The position numbers were made by a program, and so were the translations under genes. Below are positions 35,279 to 44,345 of a stretch of DNA of 64,000 bases, in pieces. The stretch covers positions 256,001-320,000 of the forward strand of contig CAWGVS010000006.1 in the NCBI GenBank assembly GCA_963826115.1, given 5' to 3'. The notes under the pieces are model-generated. The model saw nothing but the letters and a program-made list of their open reading frames with translations. It did not search any database and was not told the DNA's origin. Numbering within the stretch: position 1 is the first letter of the stretch; each line of letters opens with the position of its first letter. Source of the stretch: an uncultured Candidatus Rokubacteria bacterium. Lineage in GTDB: Bacteria; Methylomirabilota; Methylomirabilia; Rokubacteriales; DASRDR01.

Positions 35279-36873
35279 ACGCCGCCGCCCCGCCGGGCGC
35301 CGGGCGCCTGACCGCCGCCAGCCACGACCTTCTCGCGGGCGCGCGCCTGCTCGCGCGGCTCCCCGCGTTCGTGCGCCATCCGGTCGCCCTCGGCGCCGCG
35401 CGCCGCGAGCTCGCCCGCCGTCTCCGGACGCGCGGGGAGACGTTCCTCGCCCTCGTGCGGGACACGGTCTACGGGCGCCCCGAGACCCCGTACGCCCGCC
35501 TCCTGCGGCACGCGGGTTGCGAGGCCAGCGATCTCGAGCGGCTGGTCCGCCGGGACGGAGTGGAGGGCGCGCTCGGGACGCTACGGGCGGCGGGTGTCTA
35601 CCTCACGAGCGACGAGCTCCGGGGTCGGCGGCCGGTTCGGCGCGGCGGTCTCACGCTCGCGGTGGAGCCGTCCCAGCTCTGGAACCCGCGTGTGGCGTGG
35701 GACCTGCCGATCCGGAGCGGCGGCAGCCGGAGCGCGGGGCTGCCCTTTGGCTGGAACCTCGACTTCGTCCGCGATCGCGCGGTGAACCTCTCGTTGTGGG
35801 CGGCGGCGCTCGGCCCGGCGCCCCGCCGGCATGCGATCTGGGAGCCTCTCGGGAGCGGCGCGATCGTGCACCTCCTCGATCTGCTCGCGGAGGGGCGCGG
35901 GGCGTCGCGCTGGTTCTCTCCGGTGGACCCGGCCGCGACCGACGTCTCGGCGCGGTACCGATGGAGCGCGCGACTCGCCCGCGCCGGAAGCTGGCTGGGC
36001 GGCCGCGTGCTGCCCGCCCCCGCCCCCGCGCCGCTGCTCGCCCCGGGGCCGGTCGTGGAGTGGCTGGCCAGCGTGCTCGCCGCCGGAGAGCGGCCGGCCG
36101 TGCACGCTCGACCGAGCGCGGTCCTCCGGATGTGCGAGGCGGCGGCCGCGCGGGGAGTCGATCTGCGCGGCACCGAGGTGGCGATCGGGGGTGAGCCGAT
36201 CACCAGGAGCCGGGCCGCCGCGCTGCGCAGCGCGGGACTCCGAGTCCTGCCGCGGTACGCGGCCAGCGAGACCGGCCTCATCGGGAACGCCTGCCTCGAG
36301 CCGCGCGGCGCCGACGACGTTCACGTCTTCCACGACCTCGTCGCGGTGATCCCGGACGACTGCGCCGCGAACGGCCGACATTCCGGCCGCGGCATCCTCG
36401 TCTCGTCGCTCCGTCCGGCCGCGCCGCTCGTGCTCCTCAACGCCTCGATGGGCGACGTGGCGGTCCTCGACGACACGCCGTGCGGCTGTCCCGTCGCGGC
36501 CGAGGGCTGGCCCGCGCGCCTCCGCGGGATCGAGCGTCTCGACGATTCCGCGCTCGACGTCGCGGCGCCGCCGTTCGCCGACATCGCGCGTGCCCTGGAC
36601 GAGACGCTGCCGGGCCGGTTCGGCGGCGGTCCCGGCGACTACCAGCTGGTGGAGGACGCGCTCGCCACCGGGGCGACGCACTGGCGCCTCCTGGTCCACC
36701 CGGCGGTCGGACCGATCGATCCGCGCGCGGTCGCCGCCGCGTTCGTCGCGGTCCTCGACGGCTGGCCGGGCCACGCCCCGTTCGCGGTGGAGCGACACGT
36801 TCCCCTCGTCACCGCGGTGGGCAAGGTCCTCCACGTCCACCGGACCCCGAGCGAGGTCGAGCGGGCGACGTGA
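35275..36873 (+). CDS. Divergent PaaK-like adenylate-forming protein (start uncertain)
   Basis: RSGGSRS, GGEPIT, RYAASETGLIG, LLNASMGD, GGGPGDYQLVE; no ATG at the apparent 5' end. Confidence 0.6.
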   Translation: MDAAAPPGAGRLTAASHDLLAGARLLARLPAFVRHPVALGAARRELARRLRTRGETFLALVRDTVYGRPETPYARLLRHAGCEASDLERLVRRDGVEGALGTLRAAGVYLTSDELRGRRPVRRGGLTLAVEPSQLWNPRVAWDLPIRSGGSRSAGLPFGWNLDFVRDRAVNLSLWAAALGPAPRRHAIWEPLGSGAIVHLLDLLAEGRGASRWFSPVDPAATDVSARYRWSARLARAGSWLGGRVLPAPAPAPLLAPGPVVEWLASVLAAGERPAVHARPSAVLRMCEAAAARGVDLRGTEVAIGGEPITRSRAAALRSAGLRVLPRYAASETGLIGNACLEPRGADDVHVFHDLVAVIPDDCAANGRHSGRGILVSSLRPAAPLVLLNASMGDVAVLDDTPCGCPVAAEGWPARLRGIERLDDSALDVAAPPFADIARALDETLPGRFGGGPGDYQLVEDALATGATHWRLLVHPAVGPIDPRAVAAAFVAVLDGWPGHAPFAVERHVPLVTAVGKVLHVHRTPSEVERAT

Positions 36874-36971
36874 CCTGAGCGCGCCTCGGGAACAGCGCGG
36901 GCCAGCGCGCGTCGTGGGAGACCCGGACCGGAATGGCTCCGACCGCGGGTGTATAGTGGGTGGTCACCGCC

Positions 36972-37172
36972 ATGAAGGTCGTGTTTCGCAACCAGGGTCG
37001 TGAGGTGGAGCTCACCGGTCGCCGCCGCGTGCGCGAGCTCCTGGCTGAGCTCGGCGTGCTCCCGGAGACCGTTCTCGTGATCCGCGGCCGCGACCTCCTC
37101 ACGGTCGATGAGGTCGTCGCCGAGAACGACGTCGTCGAGCTCCGCCCGGTGATCTCGGGAGGCCGCGCGTGA
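36972..37172 (+). CDS. ThiS/MoaD-type sulfur carrier (TtuB-like)
   Basis: Small beta-grasp-like protein ending RPVISGG-RA; overlaps the ttuA start; TATAGT upstream at 36952. Confidence 0.85.
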   Translation: MKVVFRNQGREVELTGRRRVRELLAELGVLPETVLVIRGRDLLTVDEVVAENDVVELRPVISGGRA

Positions 37173-38191
37173 AGTGCCGGAAGTGCGGCGGGCGGGCGAC
37201 GCTGGAGCTCCGGCGCCACAACACGGCCTTCTGCGGGCCCGACTACCTGGACTTCTTCCGGCACCACGTGCTGGAGGTGGTGCGCCGGTGGCGCATGTTC
37301 GAGCGCGACGAGTCCGTTCTCGTCGCGGTGTCGGGCGGCAAGGACTCGCTGGCCCTGTGGGACGTTCTCCACGGGGCGGGCTACCGGACCACGGGCCTCT
37401 ACATCGACCTCGGGATCTTCGAGTACTCGCACGCCTCCAAGGCGCGGTGCGAGGCGTTCGCCGCCGAGCGGGGGCTCGACCTCCGCGTCGTCGCGGTGGC
37501 CGACGAGGTCGGCGCGGCGATTCCGGCGGTAAAAGACGCGACGCGGCGGCCCACGTGCTCCGCGTGCGGGCTGTCCAAGCGCTACATCATGAACCGCGCC
37601 GCCCTCGAGGGCGGGTTCCCGGTGGTCGCGACCGGGCACAACCTCGATGACGAGGCCGCGACGCTGTTCGGCTCCACGCTGCGCTGGGACGAGTCCGCGC
37701 TGTCGCGGCAGACGCCGGTGCTCGCGGCGACGCACCCGCGGCTCGCCCGTCGGGTGAAGCCGCTCTTCCGGATGAGCGAGCGTGAGACCGCCGCCTACGC
37801 CTTCCTCCGAGGGATCGACTACATCGTGGAGGAGTGCCCCTTCTCCCGGGGGGCGACGTCGATCGCGCACAAGGAGCTGCTCAACCGCCTCGAAGACACC
37901 TCGCCCGGCTCGAAGGCGATGTTCCTCCAGGGGTTCCTCGAGAAGGCGCGCGAGCGCTTCCAGGAGCCCGCGGCCGTCGTGCTCGTCGAGTGCGTCCGGT
38001 GCGGCCAGACCACGACCGGCGAGGTCTGCGCCTTCTGCAAGCTCCGGGACCAGGTGAAGCGGGGCGCCCGGCCTGCGCGCGTGGCCGGCCCGCTCGCGGA
38101 CGCCCCCCAGCCCTCCGACCCCTCCGATCCTCCGGCCGCGCGCGGGTTGATCTCGGACCTCCACGCCGCATCCGAGATCCACGCGCCCTGA
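37169..38191 (+). CDS. ttuA: tRNA 2-thiolation protein TtuA/Ncs6 family
   Basis: N-terminal CxxC, AVSGGKDS (PP-loop), CSACG, TGHNLDDEA, ECP, C-terminal CxxC..CxxC. Confidence 0.85.
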   Translation: MKCRKCGGRATLELRRHNTAFCGPDYLDFFRHHVLEVVRRWRMFERDESVLVAVSGGKDSLALWDVLHGAGYRTTGLYIDLGIFEYSHASKARCEAFAAERGLDLRVVAVADEVGAAIPAVKDATRRPTCSACGLSKRYIMNRAALEGGFPVVATGHNLDDEAATLFGSTLRWDESALSRQTPVLAATHPRLARRVKPLFRMSERETAAYAFLRGIDYIVEECPFSRGATSIAHKELLNRLEDTSPGSKAMFLQGFLEKARERFQEPAAVVLVECVRCGQTTTGEVCAFCKLRDQVKRGARPARVAGPLADAPQPSDPSDPPAARGLISDLHAASEIHAP

Positions 38192-38205
38192 GGGGCGCGC
38201 CAACC

Positions 38206-39021
38206 GTGCCGCCGACGCCTCGTCCCGACAGCGACCAGGTCGTGTTCGTCGGCACCGGCGGCGGCCGCATGACCACGGCCTTCCAGGCGCGGGCAACGGG
38301 CGGCCTCTGGATCTGCCTCGACGGCGTCTGGGCCTGCGTGGACCCCGGGCCCGGCGCCCTGTCGCACGCGCGCAGCCGCGCGCTCGGCCTCGACCCGGGC
38401 GTGCTCGACGCCGTGGTGCTGACCCACAAGCACCTCGACCACTCCGGCGACGTCAACGCCATGATCGAGGCGATGACGCAGGGCGGGACCAAGAAGCGAG
38501 GCGTCGTCTACGCGCCGCGCGACGCGTACGACGAGGACCCGGTGATCCTGCGCTACGTCCGGAGCTACCCGGCGGCGACGGAGACCCTCACGGAGGGCGG
38601 CCGCTACCCGATCGGCGGGGCCGGCGGGCCGGTGCTCGAGACCCCGCTCCGGCTCAAGCACCCGGTCGAGACGTACGGGCTCCGGTTCGTCGGGAGCCGC
38701 TTCACCGTCGGGCTCGTGTCCTGCACCGGGTACATCCCCGAGATCGAGCAGGCCCTCGCGGCGGACCTCCTGATCCTCAACGTCGTCTATCGCGATCCGC
38801 GGGACGAGATCCACCTGGCCGTGCCGGACGCCCGCCGGCTCATCGAGGCGATGCGGCCCCGGCTCGCGGTCCTGACGCACTTCGGGCTCACGATGCTGCG
38901 CGCTCGCCCGTGGGAGCTGGCCGAGACGCTGTCGCGCGAGACGGGCGTGCGCGTGCTCGCCGCGCGCGACCGCTGGCGCATCGACCTGGACACCGAGCTG
39001 GACGGCCAGCCGGATTCGTAA
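38206..39021 (+). CDS. MBL-fold metallo-hydrolase
   Basis: FVGTGGGR, DPGPG, THKHLDH, LTHFG. Confidence 0.85.
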   Translation: MPPTPRPDSDQVVFVGTGGGRMTTAFQARATGGLWICLDGVWACVDPGPGALSHARSRALGLDPGVLDAVVLTHKHLDHSGDVNAMIEAMTQGGTKKRGVVYAPRDAYDEDPVILRYVRSYPAATETLTEGGRYPIGGAGGPVLETPLRLKHPVETYGLRFVGSRFTVGLVSCTGYIPEIEQALAADLLILNVVYRDPRDEIHLAVPDARRLIEAMRPRLAVLTHFGLTMLRARPWELAETLSRETGVRVLAARDRWRIDLDTELDGQPDS

Positions 39022-39040
39022 GGGGGCGGGCCGCGGGGAG

Positions 39041-39091
39041 ATGACGTTCTGGCTCGCGGCGGCGGAGCGCGAGCTGGCGGCGCTGCGCTGA
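39041..39091 (+). other. 16-codon ORF MTFWLAAAERELAALR (gene remnant or microprotein)
   Basis: GGGGAG immediately before the ATG; amphipathic helix resembling the C-termini of TPR-containing ATPase/cyclase proteins. Confidence 0.3.
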
Positions 39092-39092
39092 C

Positions 39093-39740
39093 TCAGGGGC
39101 GAACGGCGAGGTCGGCGAGGCGCGCGGCGAGATCGTCGCCGCGATCCACGCGGTACACGATGCCCCGCATGCCCAGCGCCTCGGCCGCCCGCACGTTGAC
39201 CTCGGCGTCGTCCACGAAGACGCATGCCTCGGGGGGCACGCCGATGCGCGACGCCGCCCGCCGGTAGATCTCGGCCTCCGGCTTGGCGACGCCTTCCTCG
39301 GCCGACGAGACCACCGTGTCGAAGTGATCGTGGATGCCGAGCTCCCGCAGGCGGCCGCGGAGGCTCTCGTCGGCGTTCGACAGGATCGCCGTCCGGAACG
39401 CCGGCCGCAGGCGCCGCGCCAAGCGCACGTTCGCGTCGATCAGCTGGCGGGCGGCCACCCAGGCATCGTGGAGCCGCGGCAACGGGTGGCCAGCCTGCCG
39501 CTCGAGGAGACGGTGGGCCTCCTCGCGCCAGGCGAGGATGTCGCCGCGCCCGCGCTCGATCCCGCGCCACGTCTCGGTCCGGTACAGGGTCTCGAGGAGG
39601 GCGTGCCGGGGCAGCCCGTGTGCCGTCTCGAGCCCGGCGGACACGTCCCACCGCATGTCGATCAGTACGCCGCCGAAGTCGAAGAGGACGCCGCGGATGG
39701 GCGGGTCTGGCGCCAGGGAAGTTTTGGTCGAGCCGTGCAC
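39093..39740 (-). CDS. HAD family phosphatase
   Basis: LFDFGGVL, LSN, GVAKP, FVDD; TTGACC-N17-TAGCGT just upstream. Confidence 0.88.
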   Translation of the reverse strand: MHGSTKTSLAPDPPIRGVLFDFGGVLIDMRWDVSAGLETAHGLPRHALLETLYRTETWRGIERGRGDILAWREEAHRLLERQAGHPLPRLHDAWVAARQLIDANVRLARRLRPAFRTAILSNADESLRGRLRELGIHDHFDTVVSSAEEGVAKPEAEIYRRAASRIGVPPEACVFVDDAEVNVRAAEALGMRGIVYRVDRGDDLAARLADLAVRP

Positions 39741-39816
39741 GACGCGGTACGCTAGCCCGCGGCGTGGTCGGGGTCAAGCGAGCCTCGCGCCACCTCGGAG
39801 CCGCACGACAGGAGCC

Positions 39817-42123
39817 ATGCCGCCAAAGCCGCCGCGCCCGTCCCTCCGTCCGGGTCTCGCTCGCCTCCGCGCCCGCGTCGCGGAGCTCGAGCAGGAGGTC
39901 GCGCGCCGCCAGCGCGAGGCCGCGGCGCTGGCCGTGGAGAACGCGGACCTCGCGCGCCAGACGGCCGAGAAGCTGGACGAGATGGAACGCCTGCTCGGCC
40001 TGAGCCGGGCGCTGACGTCCACCATCGAGCTCGGGCCGCTCATGCGGACCCTGCTCCAGCAGGTGGCGCGGACCGCCGGCGCCGATTCCGCCGGGATGTG
40101 GCTCGCCAACGGCGCCACCGGCGAGCTCGAGCCGTTCGCGGGCTACCACGTTCCCCCGGCCATCCTCGAGCGTCTGCGCGAGCACCGGATCGACCCCGCC
40201 CGGAGCCCGCTCTACGCCGAGGCGATCGCCCGCCGCTCGGTGGTGACCTGGCGGAGCGAGTCCGGGGCGCCGCCGCCCGGCTTCGCCGGCCTGGTCCCGC
40301 ACCGCGCCCAGCTCTTCGCCCCCATCGTCGCCAACGAGCGGCTGATCGGCGCGATCATCGTCGTCTGGTGGGAGCGCCCGTCGACCTGCGGCGACCGGGA
40401 GGCCGGCCTGGTGGACGCGATGGCCAGTCAGGCGGGCATCGCGCTCGAGCACGCGCGTCTGTTCGAGGACGACCGGCGAAAGCTGGCGGAGCTGTCCGCG
40501 CTCCACGAGCTGTCGCGGGCGGTGACCGGTCAGCTGGACACGGCGCAGCTGGTCGAGGCCGTCCATCGCGAGGTGGCGCGGGTGCTGGACGTGCGCAATC
40601 TGGCGATCTTCCTCTACGACCAGGACCGGCGCGAGCTCGAGATCGCGCTGCGGGAGTGGGAGGGCACGCGAGAGGCCGACCTCCCGCGCCGGCGCCCGCT
40701 CGGCGTCGGCCTCGCCACGGCCGTCGTGACGCGGCGGGTCGCGATCCGCACGGCCGACTACGCGGCGACGTGCGCGCGGGAGGGGGTCGCGCCCGTGCCC
40801 GAGGCCCTGCTGATGCCCCACTGGCTCGGGGTGCCGATGATCGCGGGAGACGACGTGCAGGGGGCGCTGACCCTGTCCGCCGCCCGCCCGTTCACCGCGG
40901 CCGACGAGCGCCTGCTGAGCAACATCGCGAGCCTCGCGGCGCTCGCGCTCCGGAGCGCTCGACTCTTCGAGGAGCGCTCGGCCACCTACCGGGAGCTCGC
41001 GCTGGCCCAGGACCACCTGGTCCGCACCGAGAAGCTCCGGGCGCTCGGGGAGATGGCCGCGGGCGTCGCCCACGACTTCAACAACCTCCTCGCCGTCATC
41101 GTCGGGCGCGCCGAGCTCTTGCTCCGCCGCGCCAAGGGGACCGACCTCGCGCGCGGGCTCGAAACGATCCACCAGGCCGCCCTGGACGGCGCCCAGACCG
41201 TGCGGCGCATCCAGGAGTTCACGCGCACGCGCCGCACCCGGCCGTTCCGGCGCGTGGACCTGCTGGACGTCGTGCGCGAGGTCGTGGAGATGACGCGTCC
41301 GCGCTGGAAGGACGAGGCGCAGAGCCGGGGCGTCACGTACGAGGTGGAGATCGAGCATGCCGCGCTCCCGTGGGTCGCCGGGCGCCCCGAGGAGCTGCGC
41401 GAGGTCTTCACCAACCTCCTCACCAACGCGCTCGAGGCGATGCCGCGGGGCGGCCGTCTCGTCTGCGGGCTCGGCGCGGAGGCGGGCGCCGCGGTGGTGA
41501 CGGTGCGCGACACCGGCGTCGGCATGCGACCCGAGACCGCGCGCCGCGTGTTCGAGCCCTTCTTCACGACGAAGGGGCCGCAGGGGAGCGGGCTCGGCCT
41601 CGCCGTCGTCTGGGGCATCGTGACGCGGCACGGCGGCACCGTGGAGGTCGCGAGCCGACCCGGCGAGGGGACCACCTTCACGGTGCGCCTGCCCGGGGCG
41701 CGCGCGGTCGCCGAGCCGCCGGCCGGCGCCGCGCCCGCGCGGCCTGCGCGGCCGGCGCGCGTTCTCGTCGTCGACGACGAGCCCGGCGTGCGCGAGGTGC
41801 TCCGCGAGCTCCTGGGCAGCGAGGGCTACACGGTCGTGGACGCGCCGGACGGGCCCGCGGGCCTTGCGCTCTGCGAGACGGCGCCGGTGGACGTCGTCCT
41901 GAGCGACGTGTCGATGCCCGGCATGTCGGGCTGGGAATTGGCCGAGGCGTGCCACGCCCGTTTCCCGGACGTGCCCGTCGGGCTCATCACGGGCTGGGGC
42001 GATCGTCTCGATCCGGCCGAGCTCGCGCGGCACGGCGTCCGGTTCGTCGTCGCGAAGCCGTTCGAGGCCGCCGAGGTCCTCCATCGGGTCGGTGACGCCC
42101 TCGCGGCTGCCGAGACGGACTGA
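39817..42123 (+). CDS. Hybrid sensor histidine kinase (2 GAF, HisKA/HATPase, receiver)
   Basis: GVAHDFNNLL, NLLTNA, DTGVG, FEPFFTTK, GSGLGL, VLVVDDE, SDVSMP. Confidence 0.92.
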   Translation: MPPKPPRPSLRPGLARLRARVAELEQEVARRQREAAALAVENADLARQTAEKLDEMERLLGLSRALTSTIELGPLMRTLLQQVARTAGADSAGMWLANGATGELEPFAGYHVPPAILERLREHRIDPARSPLYAEAIARRSVVTWRSESGAPPPGFAGLVPHRAQLFAPIVANERLIGAIIVVWWERPSTCGDREAGLVDAMASQAGIALEHARLFEDDRRKLAELSALHELSRAVTGQLDTAQLVEAVHREVARVLDVRNLAIFLYDQDRRELEIALREWEGTREADLPRRRPLGVGLATAVVTRRVAIRTADYAATCAREGVAPVPEALLMPHWLGVPMIAGDDVQGALTLSAARPFTAADERLLSNIASLAALALRSARLFEERSATYRELALAQDHLVRTEKLRALGEMAAGVAHDFNNLLAVIVGRAELLLRRAKGTDLARGLETIHQAALDGAQTVRRIQEFTRTRRTRPFRRVDLLDVVREVVEMTRPRWKDEAQSRGVTYEVEIEHAALPWVAGRPEELREVFTNLLTNALEAMPRGGRLVCGLGAEAGAAVVTVRDTGVGMRPETARRVFEPFFTTKGPQGSGLGLAVVWGIVTRHGGTVEVASRPGEGTTFTVRLPGARAVAEPPAGAAPARPARPARVLVVDDEPGVREVLRELLGSEGYTVVDAPDGPAGLALCETAPVDVVLSDVSMPGMSGWELAEACHARFPDVPVGLITGWGDRLDPAELARHGVRFVVAKPFEAAEVLHRVGDALAAAETD

Positions 42124-42159
42124 CGCCGCCGTCTGAGTGGCGGCGCGGGCCTGCGCCCG

Positions 42160-42188
42160 TTGCGGGGCCTGACGGCCGCCGGTATGAT
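42160..42188 (+). promoter_or_regulatory. sigma70-type promoter, probably giving a leaderless mRNA
   Basis: TTGCGG-N17-TATGAT, with 6 nt before ATG 42195. Confidence 0.6.
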
Positions 42189-42194
42189 GACGTG

Positions 42195-42278
42195 ATGGCA
42201 GGGTTCTACTGTCCGAAGTGCTTCAAGACGGCTCCGGTGCAGAAGATGTGCTGCGGCCGGCCGATGAAGCGCGGCTAG
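42195..42278 (+). CDS. 27-aa desulforedoxin-like Cys4 microprotein
   Basis: MAGFYCPKCFKTAPVQKMCCGRPMKRG: CxxC-x9-CC-GxPM. Confidence 0.65.
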   Translation: MAGFYCPKCFKTAPVQKMCCGRPMKRG

Positions 42279-42329
42279 CGCCGGCCGGCATGATCGTCTC
42301 GCGCCCCATTCCTTGAGCCTCCCGCCTGC

Positions 42330-43334
42330 ATGACCGCTGCCCCGCCCGACGCGCCGCTCGTCGTCATCTGCGGCCTCGACCACGCCAACATCTCGGAGGA
42401 GCAGGACGTCTTCGCGAAGGCGGGCGTCCGGCACCAGACCGTGGTGGCGCGCACCGAGGCCGAGTACCTCGAGCGGTGCCACGAGGCCGACGGCCTCCTG
42501 ATCCAGTACGGAGACGTCACGCGGCGCATGTTCGAGGGGCTGCCGCGGATCCGCGTGGTCGTCCGCTACGGCGTCGGCGTGGACGGCATCGACCTCGCGG
42601 CGGCGACCGAGCACGGCGTCCCGGTCGTCAACATCCCGGACTACGGGACCGACGAGGTGGCGAACCACGCCGTCGCCCTCCTCCTGGCCCTGGCCCGCAA
42701 GCTCCCCCGGCTCGACCGGCAGACGCGCGCCGGCGCGTGGGACGTGTTCCGGGTCGGCCCCATGACGCGGCTGGCCGGGCAGACCGTGGGCATCATGGGC
42801 TGCGGGCGGATCGGCTCCGCCGTCGCCCGGAAGCTTGGCGGGTTCGACGTGCGGCTTCTCGGCTGCGACCCCTACGTCCAGACCTTTCCGCCCGGCGTCC
42901 AGCCGGTCGCCTTCGAGCGGCTCCTCGCCGAGTCCGACTACGTCACGATTCACTGCCCGCTGACCGAGGAGACCCATCACGCGTTCGACGCCGAATCCCT
43001 CGGCTGGATGCGCCACTCGGCCATGCTCATCAACACGGCGCGCGGCGGGATCGTCGACACCGCCGCCCTCGTCGAGGCGCTCCAGCAGGGATTCCTCGCG
43101 GGGGCGGGGCTCGACGTCCTCGAGCAGGAGCCGATCGATCCGGCCAGCCCGCTCCTCCGGATGGAGCAGGTGATCGTGACCCCGCACGCCGCCTGGTACT
43201 CGGAGGAGGGGCGCTCGGACCTCAAGCGCCGCGCCGCCGAGGAGGCCGTCCGGGTGCTGCGGGGCGAGCGGCCACGGAACTGCGTCAACCCCGAGGTGCT
43301 CGGGCGCATGCGCCGGGCGCCGACGGCCGGTTGA
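42330..43334 (+). CDS. D-2-hydroxyacid dehydrogenase (CtBP-like)
   Basis: RYGVGVD, PDYGTDEVA, GCGRIG, INTARG, TPHAAWYS. Confidence 0.9.
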   Translation: MTAAPPDAPLVVICGLDHANISEEQDVFAKAGVRHQTVVARTEAEYLERCHEADGLLIQYGDVTRRMFEGLPRIRVVVRYGVGVDGIDLAAATEHGVPVVNIPDYGTDEVANHAVALLLALARKLPRLDRQTRAGAWDVFRVGPMTRLAGQTVGIMGCGRIGSAVARKLGGFDVRLLGCDPYVQTFPPGVQPVAFERLLAESDYVTIHCPLTEETHHAFDAESLGWMRHSAMLINTARGGIVDTAALVEALQQGFLAGAGLDVLEQEPIDPASPLLRMEQVIVTPHAAWYSEEGRSDLKRRAAEEAVRVLRGERPRNCVNPEVLGRMRRAPTAG

Positions 43335-43336
43335 CC

Positions 43337-44308
43337 GTGTCCGGGCCCGCCTTCGACGTCGTCGCGCCGGGCGAGGTGATGCTGCGCCTCGCCTCGCGGC
43401 CGCCCACCCGGCTCGAGCAGGCGCGCGAGCTCGACGTCTCCTACGGGGGGACCGAGGCGAACGTGCTGTGCGCGCTGGCGCGCCTCGGGCACCGCACGGC
43501 GTGGATCTCCGCGCTGCCGACGAACGTCTGGGGCGAGCGGCTGGCCCGGGAGCTCCGCGGCCACGGTGTCGACGTCCAGCACGTGGCGTGGCGCGAGGGC
43601 GGCCGGATCGGCACGTACTTCATCGAGTACGCCGTGGCGCCGCGCCCCATCCGTGTCGTGTACGACCGGAAGGACTCCGCGTTCGCGTCGCTCGAGGCGA
43701 CGGAGGTCGACTGGGACGCGGTCTCGCGCACCCGAGTCGTCCACGTCACGGGGATCACCGCGGCGCTCGGCGACAGGCCGCGGCGCGTCTTCGAGCGGGC
43801 GGTCGAGGCGGCGCGCGCGGGAGGGGCCCTCCTGTCGCTCGACGTCAACCACCGCACGGCGCTCTGGACGCACGAGGCGGCGCGGGCGTACCTCGAGCCG
43901 CTGCTGTCGCGCGTCGGTCTCCTGTTCGTGGGGCTGGAGGACGCGCGCCGCGTCTTCGGGCTCGCGGGCGACCCCGAGGCGGTGGCGGCGGGGCTCCGCC
44001 GGCTCGCGCCCGACGCCATCGTCGCCCTGACGCTCGGGGACCAGGGCTCGATCGTCCTGACCGACCGGCCGCACCGCCCGACGCGCCTCTACAGCCTGGA
44101 CCTCGTCGCCGACCGGGTCGGGGCGGGGGACGCGTTCGCCGCGGGCTTCCTGCACGGCTGGCTGACGTCCCGCGACGTCCAGCGGGCGCAGGATCTCGGC
44201 ACCGCGCTGGCGGCCCTAAAATGCACCATGTGGGGTGACATCGCGGTAATCCGGCCCGGCGAGCTCGAGGAGCTCCTGGCCCAGCCGGACCCGCGCATCC
44301 GACGTTGA
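43337..44308 (+). CDS. PfkB sugar kinase (2-keto-3-deoxygluconate kinase-like)
   Basis: GEVMLRL, GGTEANV, YDRKDSA, DRVGAGDAF. Confidence 0.88.
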   Translation: MSGPAFDVVAPGEVMLRLASRPPTRLEQARELDVSYGGTEANVLCALARLGHRTAWISALPTNVWGERLARELRGHGVDVQHVAWREGGRIGTYFIEYAVAPRPIRVVYDRKDSAFASLEATEVDWDAVSRTRVVHVTGITAALGDRPRRVFERAVEAARAGGALLSLDVNHRTALWTHEAARAYLEPLLSRVGLLFVGLEDARRVFGLAGDPEAVAAGLRRLAPDAIVALTLGDQGSIVLTDRPHRPTRLYSLDLVADRVGAGDAFAAGFLHGWLTSRDVQRAQDLGTALAALKCTMWGDIAVIRPGELEELLAQPDPRIRR

Positions 44309-44345
44309 GACCCGCCACGCGGCGGGCCCCGGAGGGAGGATCTCG

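Noticed and set aside
37819-42084. Very long antisense ORFs (1421 aa here; also 8288..11746, 11821..14040, 18091..20664 and 25260..27617)
   Set aside because: These are shadow frames of real + strand genes, expected at high GC, and show no recognisable motifs.
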